DNA of 63,531 nt, the filler included, from Choristocarpus tenellus KU-1152 (Eukaryota > Protista > Phaeophyceae), in NCBI GenBank assembly GCA_964200185.2. It is 12 parts of 12 records of this genome, joined end to end, with 100 filler letters (N's around TTAATTAATTAA, not from the genome) between each part and the next. Parts side by side here need not be neighbours in the genome. Positions count along the whole stretch, not along the records: positions 25,544 to 36,850 come from CAXNAD020002393.1; positions 36,951 to 40,752 come from CAXNAD020017841.1; 10 more parts are not named here. One strand, written 5' to 3'. The position numbers and the translations under genes are program-made. The notes beneath the pieces were generated by a model. It had not been told where the DNA came from. It worked only from the letters and a program-made list of their open reading frames with translations, and made no database searches. Positions 25,581 through 38,646 of the stretch are shown here, piece by piece; position 1 is the stretch's first letter, and every line of letters starts with the position of its first letter.

Positions 25581-27673
25581 CTAGTGGTGCAGTGCCGGGT
25601 TGCGTACGTTGATCTCGAGGGGCTGTCAGATGGACGCTCCATCAAGAACACTGTCTCCAACCTTGCTCCAAAGATGCTTATTGTCATGGGTGGATCACGG
25701 CGTGCTGCCAATGCTCTCGTGTCACACGTTAGGCGCCAGCTTGGTGGAGATGATGACAGTGAGCCCCTGGCTGGACCTGCTGGGATTGGGGGGGGTGATA
25801 GGGCTGGGGCCAGGGGAGGCGGAGAGGGGAGGGGAGGGGGGATAGATACAGCTCGATATGTGGTTGTACGCAAGGCAGGAGAGGCTGTGCCAGTTTTGCT
25901 GGATTCAGAGGCGTTTGATGTGCTGCTGCATGACTCACTCTACACACAGCTGCGGACACAGTATGTGAGGCAGACTGCACAGAGTGAATTGGTTACTTGC
26001 ATGGGTGTGTGTAGGTTGTGAATGTGGTGATTAAAAGGGTTCAAAGATTTTGTATTTCAAGGATGTGCTTGTTCTCTAGATGGTTTCTTAGTGTGTGCAG
26101 CTCTGCTGTCTTACGTGTAATGTGTGAATTTTCAAATGCGAATAGGTGTGTTGGAAAACCTAACCCTAACCCTAACCCAAGAAATAGTGAAAATAAAATT
26201 ATAGCATTTTTAAAACATGAAGCAAGAATAGTCCGAGCGTCTTGCTCTTGCACAAATTGTGTAAACGTAGTGCTATTGATCGCTTTGAATCATACGTTAA
26301 CTTGTTCTAATTAAATACTATTCTGCAACTCTTTGCTACTCGGAAACACTTCCATTTTGTGTGTGTAGCCTTCATCTTTTGTAGTTTTCAGAGCCTTGAG
26401 GGGCCAATATTGTGAAAAGCAAAACTTACCCTCTTCCTTCCCCCGTGGTGCCTGTGATGACTGTGCCAATACAACCAAACATGCAGCTCCACACGTATGG
26501 TGTGGCCTATGTGGAGTGTCGAGTAGATCGAAGGGGGAGGGGACCTCCGCTGTTGTGTGCAAAGCCACGGGCAGACAGGGAAGGCCATCCAGCCATGTTC
26601 CTCAGCGTTGGGGATGTCAACATTGTGCGACTAAAGGAGGCAAGAACAAAAAAAAAATAGGGTCCTTAGGTTTTGGCATGGAGAGATCCATGCTCTCAAA
26701 AAAATATGCAAAAAAATATATACCCTGCCGATCATGACACAACGTTTTGTGTGTGTGTGTGTGGCAAAACTCACACTAACACCCCACATTAACAAGGACT
26801 TCATCATGTTGGATCCATCTGCGGAGTGTCCTATGTATTGTTTGAGCAATGTTTTAAAACCATTGATTTAACTACTCTTATGTGCGTGTAGTAGTGCTTG
26901 GGCACTTGGATTAACACGGAGTTTTTGATTTTAAGAAAAAAAATATTGTACGTTACGACTATCTTATTAGTCTGGTGACTATCCTGACCTGTGGTCAGAC
27001 GTGCTTCACACTGCATCACTTCTCATGCTATTTCAATTTAGATGTTGCTAGCTCTGACTAACTTTTGCACAACTAATTGTACTGCCTCTGTTCCTGTGTT
27101 GCTTCTTCCACATTGAGTCCAGCACCCCCACCCCTCCTCACCACTCCTTGGTCTGTCTCCTCCCTCAAGTCTTGCGGTGAACCCGCCTCAAAGTTTGCAC
27201 CTTGATCTTGGTCCAGTGCTTTTGCGGTATAGTTACAGGCAGGAAGGATACTTGCAGCACAGATGTACAGTCCGTTGGGTTTGCCGAGAAGAATAGGACC
27301 ATTGAAACCAGATTTCTGTGAAAAAAAAAAGTCTGGCATCGAAGGGGTTCGATCCCGCGAAAATTCGTGCGGGAACCAACCGCCTTAAACCACCAACTGT
27401 TCATCAAAGAAGTGTAGAAGCATTTTATGTCTATTATGTCGAGGAACTCGATGCTACCCTGTCCCACTCACCTGTGCATTTTTTGCATCAAATCCTTCAC
27501 AGGCGTTAGAGGCTGCAGGCATCTCAGTGGAGTTGCAGGCCGGGAAATTAAGTTGCGCAGGAGGGGTCACTGTGCAAGCTGGAGAAGGGGGGAAAATGGA
27601 CATGGAGGGGGAAGTGGGCGATACATACTATCGAGTACGCGAAATTTTGTACAACCAATACACCATTGTTTAA
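25581..27673 (+). CDS. CPSF2: Cleavage and polyadenylation specificity factor subunit 2 (CPSF100), last three exons: 25581-25964, 26487-26639, 27503-27673
   Basis: YVDLEGLSDGRSIKN..LAPK and C-terminal EGEVGDTYYRVREILYNQYTIV*; the last intron has a GC donor. Confidence 0.92.
27321..27405 (-). other. tRNA-derived fragment (SINE head or tRNA pseudogene) in the CPSF2 intron
   Basis: Minus strand: A-box-like GGTGGTTTAAGG, B-box-like GGGATCGAACCCC, then TGCCA and T10; acceptor stem not intact. Confidence 0.35.
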
Positions 27674-28700
27674 AATCCGGGCACACTACCACGGCTGCCA
27701 CTGTTTTGGGGCTGGAGTCATGGTTTTTAAGGGAATTTTTGACATGGGAAGAGAGCAAAGATGTTGTGGTCGATGTCAACAAGGACCTAAGGGAGGGATA
27801 CATGGGCTGGGGCAGTGAATCTGCATTGCTGAACAAGGTCATATGCCCTATGCAATGCCCCCAGATCCCTTGTCTATTGTGACGTAATGCATTAAGCATT
27901 AGTTTTACATATTTTCTCTCACTAGAGATAGGGCTCTTACGTGAAATAGTAGTAAAAATGGTGCACATCCTGTTGTAACTGTAACATGCATTTGCAAGTT
28001 CCCTCATTGATGATGACTGTTTCACTCAGGGCTTGTTATGTCTGAGAAAATTTCTACTTTTAATTTAGACCAAATCTTATGGTGGTGCATATACTGGTCA
28101 CCTTGGAACATTGAAACTTCTGAACATATGAATGATACAGCCGATATTAATCCTCAAGCTTCCAAAAGTCCACACAATCAAAGTTCCTTCAAGGTCTCTA
28201 AACGGGATTGCATTGTCATGATAGGTGTCTCCAACATAGAATGCTTTGACTTCTACCAAAAAAGTAGGCCCAACCATTCACTCCCTGAGCAAGTCTGGGT
28301 GTTCATCAAGGCACACATGTGAATCATTAGATTGAATTGAGGGTAGAGGAAGCAAGTCATGAGGTGTGCAAGTTTTGTGGTGTCTCACACCCTTTTCACA
28401 TATTATTTTTTCTCTGATGCTGTTGTCGCTGCATGTCACAGGAGGTCCACAGTATTGGGTCTGTATATCATCCTGTCGACACACATCTTGCATGAGAGTT
28501 GTCAATATTGCAGTTCTGCTCTTGTCATGCACTGATACTTCCACAACTGTGAAAAATGTAACATTCAAAGCTTCCGACAAGGAAAATAGTGGGAACACCT
28601 CTTTACACGCGTAAGGGTTGAACCTTAAAGGAGTTGAAGACCCAAAAAGGTTTGCAACTGGTGAATTTGAGTGCCCCAAATGGGTACATAACCAAAACAA
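27674..28700 (-). pseudogene. Decayed intronless ORF of unknown origin
   Basis: ORFs 28700-28278 and 28025-27567 share one frame, bridged by a segment with isolated TGA/TAA stops and no frameshift. Confidence 0.35.
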
Positions 28701-28857
28701 AATGGTGAGGGACTTAAAATATTTTCTCTCTCATGTTACTGCAATGACCATCCACAGGGTGATTGCATTACACTAAACACATAAAAAATAACACTAGTGG
28801 CCAGAACCTCATTGAACACAGTCAAACCAGTCCAGATTTCTACACACTTTGTCTTCC

Positions 28858-30628
28858 TCATGGAGGAGGTGGAACAGGTGGTATTGGCAACAAAGGCTCA
28901 GTTCCAGGCAAGCCCTCTGCCCCTTGCTCCATAATTGCCCTTTCAAAATAGCCTGGACACACCAGATCCAAGTCCCCCAAGTCACTGAAAATGTGACCCT
29001 TGCGTCTCTTGCCTTTGCCCCTGATTATACTGCCAACAGCCCCAAGAGGCAGCTTCAGCTTGGTAGCATGCAGGAACATGCGATAGCTATCTGTATCCCC
29101 TGCGTATGTGGCATCCCCCACTATAGGGTGCCCCATTGCAAGGCAGTGCAGCCTCAGTTGGTGCCGCCTCCCTGTCAATGGCTCCAGTTGAACCAGGGAA
29201 ACCTTTGCCCCACGATAACAACCATTCAAGGCCAGTCGGCCCCTTTGGAGTACTGTAACAATGGTGGATGCTTCCTTCCAGTCCTTGGCATCACTTTTGT
29301 GCTTTGATGAAATAACACTACCCTGCCCTTCTACCTGTGCCCCCATTTCCATCTCTGTTGGTAAGGATGGTGTATCTGGTGGGTGTTGGGAGGGTCCGAC
29401 CTGCATTCGGAACCGATGATTTGGCATTGAGCAAATCATCCTGTTGATCTTCACCGTGTCAAATGAGGGGTGGCCAAAGATAAGTGCTGTGTCTGTGTGT
29501 TGGTTGAAGAAAGAGAATGCAGAAAAAAACAAGTAGAAAAAGGTGGGTTGGGAGAAATCCTATAACAATAGTGCTCCACAAAGTGTCTTGGGTTAAGGCG
29601 TGACCATTTTCATTCAAGCATACACGGGGATAGTAAAATGAAGATAATGCATCGATTGAAGTGACTGCAATTCAGATGGGTCAAGTGCAGATTGAGAGCA
29701 ATCTTGTTCTATGAACCTACGATTGGGGAGCACGGGAAGACTTTCCTAGGATTAAATAGATTATTCGACCAATGCACACCACCCACATTGCTTCTTGGCC
29801 TGGCGTTGCCTAAAGAGTTGTGTGCATGCTGCTGCTGCAGTTCGGTCCTTAGCGAGCACTAATATCCCCGAGGTGGCGTAGTCAAGCTGGTGACAAAATC
29901 GCATAGCGTCTAGTTGTGGCAGTTTCCCCTTCACCCAGCTCTCACAAGTGGCCTCTTCTGGAAAGTTTTCGCCATCATTACCTGGGTTCAAGCGAACATC
30001 AAATGGTTTATGTATTACGAAGAATCGTTCATCCTCGTGAACAACCCGGAAGTCCATCTCCAGAGCCCAAGGCATGCTCACTGTGAAATCTCGTGCCTCA
30101 CGTTTATCCTTGAAAACGCCCTGGGGGACGTAGGTGTTCCACATTGACTATCAGATATGGAGCGTAGTTTGCAACGAGGTCAAAAGTGACCCTCCAGCCC
30201 TCCGAATAATCATATAAAACAGACACGCTTCAATGCTAGAGTGGAATCATGTCCAACTCTGTTGCACTGTGTCGCACCTGCTGTACCAGGAAGTCGATTT
30301 GAGCCAACCGGGTGGGAAGACCAAAATGAGGATCAAGCTTCAGACTGGGAGTACCAGCAATGGAAGCGACTTCTGATTTTTCAAACCCCGCCGCCAGTAG
30401 TTGGGATGATACATCTCCATCACTATATCCATTTTTTTTTTTTTCCCCTTCCCAAGTGGAGGCAGGCTTCCTGAAAGGTGTGGACTCGACACACAATGAA
30501 GTTCCCTTTACGCCTCCACGAGAAGGATAACTCTTGACCAGTGTATGCCATGCACCCACAGACTGCAGCGTGAGTGCAGCCACCACGCTAAATACATGAG
30601 CTCTAAGGATCCTACAAAAGAACACCAT
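28858..30628 (-). CDS. RluA-family RNA pseudouridine synthase, probably plastid-targeted; exons 30628-30278, 30147-29787, 29492-28858
   Basis: VIHKP, catalytic HQLDYATSG, KKQ|YTALIFGHP, LTGRRHQLRLH..GHPIVGDATY, RMFLHA; N-terminal signal peptide ending SVGA-W. Confidence 0.9.
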
Positions 30629-31220
30629 CGTTCCCTGGTCTAAAAGGAGGCACAGGATCAAGTCGTGGTTGGAACAAACAGGTCTTCAACCCATTTCCAC
30701 ATGTGACTTCGCTATTAAAATTATTTTGTCAACATACAATGAAAAGGGAAAGTTTATGAAGTAATCTGAGTTTTGTAGGCGGAGGAATTCTGATTGGTTG
30801 GAGTCACAAGGGAAGGGAGGGGACAGTGAGAAGAATAGGAACTAGCAAGACGGGAACGAATAGTTAAGTAATGAGGGTCAAAGAGAGGGAGGAGAGAAGT
30901 TAAATAAATGAGTGGTAGGTGGAGGTACAGGGGAAAAAGGAATGGTCAGTATTGAAAAGATTGCCGAGGGCTGGGGGTGAACAAGATAACTTCCGAGCAA
31001 GCTCTCCCGCCCACCCACCCACCCTGTCGCTTGCTCACGACCAATGGGGATACTGGGAAAAAGGGAGGGGAGGTCAAGTTTGGGCGGGGTAGATGTCTTC
31101 TAGCTCAAAACCACAGTGTGAAGTGGATGATGAAGGGGTGTTATTGGATTATTGTGGAGTGGTGTTGAGTGGTGGGGGGTGAGTGGAGTGGTAACTTGTG
31201 TGGGGTTGAAGGGTGGGGGG

Positions 31221-31505
31221 GTGACTAGAAATCAGTAGCGAAGGGGGTTTGCCCTTGTCGGTCATCAGATGGGGAAGGTGACTGGAAATCAGTGACGAAG
31301 GGGGTTCATGCTGGTTGGTCATTATATGTGAGGGGTAACTAGGAAACCAGTGGCAAAGGGGGTTCGCCCTGGTGGGTTATTAGAGGTGGGCGTTGGCTGG
31401 AGATCAGTGATGAAAGAGGTTCGCATTGGTTGGCCATTGCAAAGGTGGGGGAGAACAGGAAATCAGTGGCGAAGAGGTTGCACTGGGGGTTCATAAGTGG
31501 GGGTA
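31221..31505. repeat. Degenerate ~58-bp tandem repeat, 5 copies
   Basis: GACTGGAAATCAGTGRCGAAGGGGGTT core at ~31221, 31278, 31336, 31394, 31452. Confidence 0.8.
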
Positions 31506-32803
31506 TAATGGGGAGGGAAAGGGGAATGGGTAAATTGCAAAAAGATAATAAAATAATAGCAATCCAGAATTCGTGAGCAAAAAGAAAACGTAACTTTCGA
31601 TTTTCTCTAATCTTTTTTAAAGACAAATCATAACACTCAAACCACATCCGTCTCCTACAATTTAAATACTATGTGGTTTAGAAATATATTATTTGGTATA
31701 CCCCATCATCCCGTTCTCAATTTTTATTATTAGTAGGCCCTCTGACAATTTGGAGATGTCTCAGTGGAAAAACCAATGGAAACAATTCACATGTCAGAAA
31801 AATCCCTTAAAGAGTCACAGTTGTCATAAAATGTGGGAGACATTCCTCTATCAACTATCTTACTACTATAATATGTATGTCGTCGATATATACAAAGTTG
31901 GGAGTAACTCATATTGGTTGTTAGAAGAGAGAGACACAATTATTTTTCACAATCAAAAAATAAATTATTTGAAGATGAGGTACGTGAACCACAGTTACGT
32001 TTTGGAATTTACACACGAAAGAAAGAGAAAAGATCTTCACCACATGTTGGACAAAGGAATGGATACATGGATCACACAATCCTGCAGCCTGAATCACCAA
32101 CAGTTTCTGTCGTAGGAAGGTCCGATGTGGTTGTTGAGTCGTTCCCAGAAGTCCGCCTGATCTCATGTTCTGCAATTTTGTTCTGATCTGGTTTTATTGG
32201 TTCTGTTTCAGGTGATGACAGGAGGGATTTTACCTTAAAGTACCCCTATCCTCTGCTCTATCACTTTTCTCCTGAACCTTGTATTTTAGGACATTTTCAT
32301 CACCCACCATCACATATGACTCGACTCTCACAACATCACAATGATTCCCATCCTGGTCTGTTTTGGGGGTTTGTTTACCAGAGATAGTACGGTCACACCA
32401 AGATGGCAAACAAAGAGGAACAACTAAACCAAAAAAAGTGGTGACAATGCCATCCCAAAGCAGAGAGGCAAGAAGGGTAAATTGAAGGTCGTGTTTCCTG
32501 CAACAGGTGGAGGTCCAGAGGGAGGTCCAGTCAATGCCACACCTCAACTGGTCAGGAAAAAAAAATAAATGGGTAATGCCACTCACAGAAGATCACTGGA
32601 GCAAGAAGAAGCGAAGTCTTTGGAGTTGGGGGGAGGCACATCGCGAAATTCGGACCCCAATCGATGCCAAGTATTCTCTGAACAAGATGATAATATGTGG
32701 AGTCCTCATCCTTCAGTGGAAGAAATCCGCAGACCCAGTTCCATTTCACACGCAATATCACTGACAAAAAATCCCTGAGGGGAGTAGTTCATGAAGAGGG
32801 GTA

Positions 32804-32980
32804 GACCCAAAGTAACTGGGAGGGGAGGGGGGTCTACACCAGGGTGTCCATTTGGGCCATAACCAGGAAAAGTGCATTTATATTATCCATCAGACATATG
32901 CAACCAAATCACGCAAAAATCGCGACATGAAAAAATTGACCCCAAATGGACAGCCGCCCCTCCCCCAGATACTTTGACGC
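32804..32980. mobile_element. MITE family B copy, full length
   Basis: GACCCAAAGTAACTGGGAGGGG...CCCCCAGATACTTTGACGC; flanks GGTA/GGTG. Confidence 0.88.
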
Positions 32981-33438
32981 GGTGGGCCATCACAAACATC
33001 GAGATGATATATTTGCACCAAATAAGTCAGACTCAATCAGAAAACCTAACCTACTAGCCACAAGTCAGATCACGAAAAAACGGCCCACTAACAACAAAGA
33101 TCAGTTAATCTACAGCCTTGTCAAAATATTAGCGATCACAACACGTTTCCTACATCCAGAGAACCCTATTATCCCCCCTATGAACCCCTGCAGGATAACA
33201 TAGAAGTGGAGTAAGGGAGAATGAGGAGGTCGACGATAATTTCTCGGATTAGTCCGCGACCAACCATCCTATGAGGTTTTGTCAAAAAAACTCATCCATG
33301 ATAATATTTTCTAGTATTTTGATTAGGCGTCTGTAACACATTCATTGGATTCATTCAAAATTGTTTAACCGTTTCACCCCTCACATAACGGCCCCATATC
33401 GATAAGATGCCAATAGTGAAGTGACCAGTTACATTTTC

Positions 33439-33823
33439 AACAATTTTGCGTGTCAGTTACACGACACTGAAGGATTTAAAACTTCTATTTGACACCTACA
33501 TTACACTACTTCTCTTACCACCAACAACGTAACTAACTGCTATTGCATCACGACTACTCAAACTCCCTTCGTTCCTGTGGTGCATATCGCATCCTACGGA
33601 AATCCCGTAACTCATCGATCCTTCTCCAATAATTTTGCGCATGTGTCAGTTACACGACACTGAAGAATTTAAAACTTCTATTTGACACCTACATTACACT
33701 ACTTCTCTTACCACCAACAACATAACTAACTGCTATTGCATCACGACTACTCAAACTCCCTTTGTTCCTGTGATGCATATCGCATCCTACAGAAATCCCA
33801 CAACTCATCAGTCCTTCTCCAAT
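33439..33823. repeat. ~190-bp tandem duplication
   Basis: AATTTTGCG..TGTCAGTTACACGACACTGAAG...TCCTTCTCCAATAA occurs twice with scattered substitutions. Confidence 0.92.
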
Positions 33824-36800
33824 AAATATAAGCGCACTAACAACCACTCGTCATCTTAAAAAAAATACAACTGACAAAGCAGCAAACCAATTGAATCATT
33901 TTGCTATATATGAGCCATCCTTCTTACCCTGTGCAATACAATATATTTCATCGCTTCATGTGCACAACAGTACATGTAAAACTGATGTTGCCATTTCCAC
34001 ACACAAAAGTGACACCATAATTCTGGAAAGCCTCTTTCTCCAATAGTAGAAAATTACATATTATTGCCCTTGGCTGAGATCTACCAAATTTAACCCTGCC
34101 TACACCTTTCAGATGGTTGACTCTAACTGTATGACGAAATCTTGCCATGTCGACTTCGGCTTAGAAAGTTTTGGTGGCAAATAACGGAAAGGTTGCTCGA
34201 TTCGTCATTGAGTAGATAAAACAAAGTATAAGGTCTAGAGTTGAGTTCAATCCATCATGAAATTTTCCGAGCAAGGAAGAATTTGAATATACATCCCATC
34301 TTCGTCGCTCCAAAACAATAAACCAGAAAAACGAAAACAATCATAGACAGAGCGTTAAATTGATAAAGACGCAAGTTGATGTAGGTTGACCACATCGTCG
34401 TGCCGTTGTTCCAGACTAGGAAAGTGTAAATTTGGAAATTCACCAACTATTTATAAGCTAACGAGCATCAGATAACAAAAAGGCATCTGAACACAATCGG
34501 ATACCTCGGAACACATGGAAGACACAATCAGCCCATCTTGAAGTAGACCCTGAGACAGTTCTCCTTGCCTTAGGATGAGGCCAAGGTGGAGAAGATCCAT
34601 CCTCTCAGCGGTAGGTAGCTCAGGTTTCGTAAATTTTCCAGGAGAAGTAGTGTAGGAGGATGATGGGATATTACAGTGGGACATACTGGAGTATGACTCC
34701 CCGAAGTAGCAATTGTGGAAGGGTTTGTGAGCAAGATAAGTAGAGTTTTTTCTTGAAGGGGGCATAACCACAATCAAGACAGCTTGTGGTGATTTAGCCT
34801 CTTGTCAGAGTAGAACTTGGTGTCGGGAGACACAGTTGGGGTTACCAGAGGGGTCCAATGCCACGGTAGTCAGGTACACCTGTGCGTACTCTGCTTCAAG
34901 GCGGTCAACAGGTGCAACAGGTTAGGTAGCATACGACTAGGTTTACCCGTAGCCAAAGCCATATGGGGTTGGGAATACGAGGAATGCACATAGGATAAAG
35001 GCACTCCATCAAACCCTAGACAAGCCCTAGCAAGAACCCTGTGAACTTTCTACAGTAGCCATCATGCCACAGCAGGTCAACCTCCCATAACAGATCACCC
35101 TGGTGGCCTTAGTAGAGAGTCAAGCGATACCACTCCATCCGAAGCAAGAGAGCCGTAAAATCGGTTGGTGACCCTTAGCAATGACTACCTTGGATAGGTG
35201 GTCCCAGAGCAGAGGAAGCAATTTATGGATTCGCTTGAGGAATTCAGGGATCTGGGTGTGTTTCCGGCTGACCCATCACTTTATCTGATACACCCACCTC
35301 AAGACAAAGAAACGTGCATTTGAGCTCATACTGAGGCCTACCGTCTTGAGTATCGAGTCTAATACAATATGATACCAAGGTGCCTCTTCCACGCCATACT
35401 GGGGGCTGGAACAGCTGTGCATCACCCCGGTATCGTTCACGACCTTCTACAGAGAATGGAACCCACAGTTCACCCTGGATTGTTGTCAAAACCAGCACTC
35501 ATGTCTTGACAATCCCTCTGCCTGACCCCTTATCATAGCCGGGTTGGTGAACCTCCACATCTATTTATGAGAGATGCAGCAACAGGCGATGAGCAGGCAC
35601 TTGATGAAATGTCACCAAGGAGACGGACACAGCAGCCATGATGACAACAATTACATGGAGAAAGAGGTTTGAGCATTGAGCCCTCAGAATTCTTGAAGAA
35701 ACAAGAAGCAACAAACACTAGTGATACTAATACTACTACCTAGTCACTGCCATAATTATATAACTACTACTATACTACTATTGCGGGACAGCATGAACAG
35801 TTCGAACCGCTGCCACCCCCCACCCATGGTGAAGGAGATAGGAGGAGGAAACGTACCAGGTCATGAAGAATAACAGGAAAATGACCAGGAAGGAAGGGTG
35901 ATGAAGAGGAATAGATCTGGTCCCCACGAACTCAATTATGGAAATATTATTACTATCATTTACAATGTTGTGCTCCCTCAAACAAGAAACCAAAACCGCA
36001 CTACTTGTCAACGACCCTAGCTAGCCCTAGCCCCTCCAACACACGAGGGAGGAGGAGGCAAAAAGCAGTATTTCGGGCAGCATCATACAATCTCAACCCC
36101 TACTCACATTCGCATACAATAAGAGGACAAAAAGAATTATATTCGACGAGGCACGAGATGTTACAGGCGAATAGCACAAGTATTTCTTCTCATGTTCTAA
36201 CAAGCACGAGCAGTATACACACGTGAGGAACCTTATAAAGAGGAACTCTGATTTGCTAAAGGTTGCAGAGTAAGATCTGCAACTTGGGAATGTTGCAACG
36301 GTTTTCAGATGTATTCTAACTTCTGTTAGCCAAAACTAATAAAGGGTATATAAATGACGATAAAAGAAATAGTAAACAGAGCCTTGCACAATTAATGCCC
36401 TCATATCACTTTTCTTAATTCCGATACCAAATTCATACACTGATATTGATTTAGAAAAGTACCCCTATTCTGCTTAGCTGACGTTCATTAACCTGTGCGT
36501 TGGACCTTTTGACCATCGGGGTATCCTGGGAGGCTTGTACGAACATTAGCATTGTTTATAGGTCTGTGGATTGGAGCTATATATCCTGTGAAGGTAAGCT
36601 TCTGGAGCGTGTTGTAACAAAGATTTAACAAAAAAAAGGCTCTAGCTCTCATTAAACATTGACTGTTGAAAGTGGATACAACTATTCATCACCGTCAACA
36701 AACATGCATAGGACTGACCAGTGACCACTCTTCCTGACACAAAGTATCTGGGGGGGGGGGGGGGGGGGGGGGAAAAAAAAAAAAAATTGTTTTTAAAAAA

Positions 36801-37533
36801 AAAAAAAAAAAAAACAATTTTATATAATAACCAAAACAAAAAAAAAAAAANNNNNNNNNNNNNNNNNNNNNNNNNNNNNNNNNNNNNNNNNNNNTTAATT
36901 AATTAANNNNNNNNNNNNNNNNNNNNNNNNNNNNNNNNNNNNNNNNNNNNCGACACCCCCCCCCCAGATACTTCGACCTCCTCTCAGATAGTATGTTTCC
37001 AAATCAGGGGAGCAGAGGCGTTTTTGTTGAACATCGAACACGATCATCGTTCTGACACACTGAAATTGATTAACAACAATAGACTTATCACAGTACATAC
37101 ACACACAGCATTAGGCACCAGCTCTTTTCACACACACACACACACGAGCATTGAAAGCAAAAGTATGAACAAGCTCTATCCAGGCAGGCGTTGGTTGGTT
37201 TTCTTGGGCAAGAAGAAGACGCTATGGTCTCCAGTCCTACCTTGCATATTTCTCCTTCTAGCTTGCTCATAAAGGATCACCATCATGCTTTCTATCCCCA
37301 ATCCAACATCCCTAATACTACAACAACTTAATAGTCCTTTACTCTCCTGTTCTGCAGGCATGCTCCACACTTCAGGCACCTAACCCTAACCCTAACCCTG
37401 ATCCCAACTTTACCTGATATATATATTTGTGTGTGTCTTTCAGTTTTTTTTAACTTAGTAATAACATACACCTAGACAAAACAGTATCTCAATATTACTA
37501 CAGCCCAATATTACTACAGTTGAAAAAAAACTA

Positions 37534-37922
37534 AAGTAGGGAGCCACAATGCAATCCTTAACTATTTTATTGGACAATTGATTTTTGGTCTGTAAGCTCA
37601 ACTTCAATACACACACACACATATATGTGTATGTTTGTGTAGTTGTACACTGACTTACCTCATGGACAACATAAATGACATGTACTGCTATTCTCTACGA
37701 TATGAGAGCCAAACTATCTTAGAGGGTAAGTAGGGAGCCACAATGCGATCCTTAACTATTTTATTGGACAATTGATTTTTGGTCTGTAAGCTCAACTTCA
37801 ATACACACACACACATATATGTATATGTTTGTGTAGTTGTACACTGACTTACCTCATGGACAACATAAATGACATGTACTGCTATTCTCTACGATATGAG
37901 AGCCAAACTATCTTAGAGGGTA
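37534..37922. repeat. ~194-bp near-identical tandem duplication that ends in a family A TIR
   Basis: AAGTAGGGAGCCACAATGC...GAGCCAAACTATCTTAGAGGGTA occurs twice. Confidence 0.9.
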
Positions 37923-38124
37923 GAGCCACGTCCATTTGGGGGTCAAAATCCAATGTTGTGATTTTGATGTAGTTTTGGNNNNNNNNNNCTTTCATAAGGT
38001 ATACCTTTTACCTACTCCGAAACATTTTGGAGTCAGAAAATGTCATTAAAAAAAACATGGGAAGCCAAGCCCCAAAAATGGACAAACAGGGCAAAATTCG
38101 TACCCTCTTAAGATAGTTTCACTC
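37900..38124. mobile_element. MITE family A copy with ATGA duplication (contains an N10 gap)
   Basis: ATGA|GAGCCAAACTATC...GATAGTTTCACTC|ATGA. Confidence 0.9.
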
Positions 38125-38646
38125 ATGATATGATATGATATGATACGATACGATACAATATGATACAGTATGATACAATATGATACAACTGGTGTGTACG
38201 AGAGAGCAGTGCAACTACCATTCTAACCCTAACCCTAATCCTCACACTACACTGTGCGAGGACTTATATAAGGGGTGAATTAGAGAGTAAAGCATCCCGA
38301 GACATCGAAAAAACTGTTGGAGGTATTTAGTATGGTCAGGTCCTTTCTAGTACAAGTCGCAGGTACTGTTCTGTGCGTATGCTGCACCATGTTCATCGAT
38401 GTAAATACAGCACACTCACCTGCACGTTTCTAAGGACCAAGGAGTGAGAATAAAGTGAAGGCGGCTAGGGCGTAGGGGAAGGGTACAATCCCTTTCCCTA
38501 ACCAACCAGTCGCATTTAACGACGAACCGACGAATGATCACCTACATAGAATAACCAAATCTAAAGGAAGAAACAGATGCTGCTTTCCTCGAGCACTATG
38601 GGGATGAAAAAAAGGTAGGGGAATGATCGACTAGTGCTGTGGGCAC

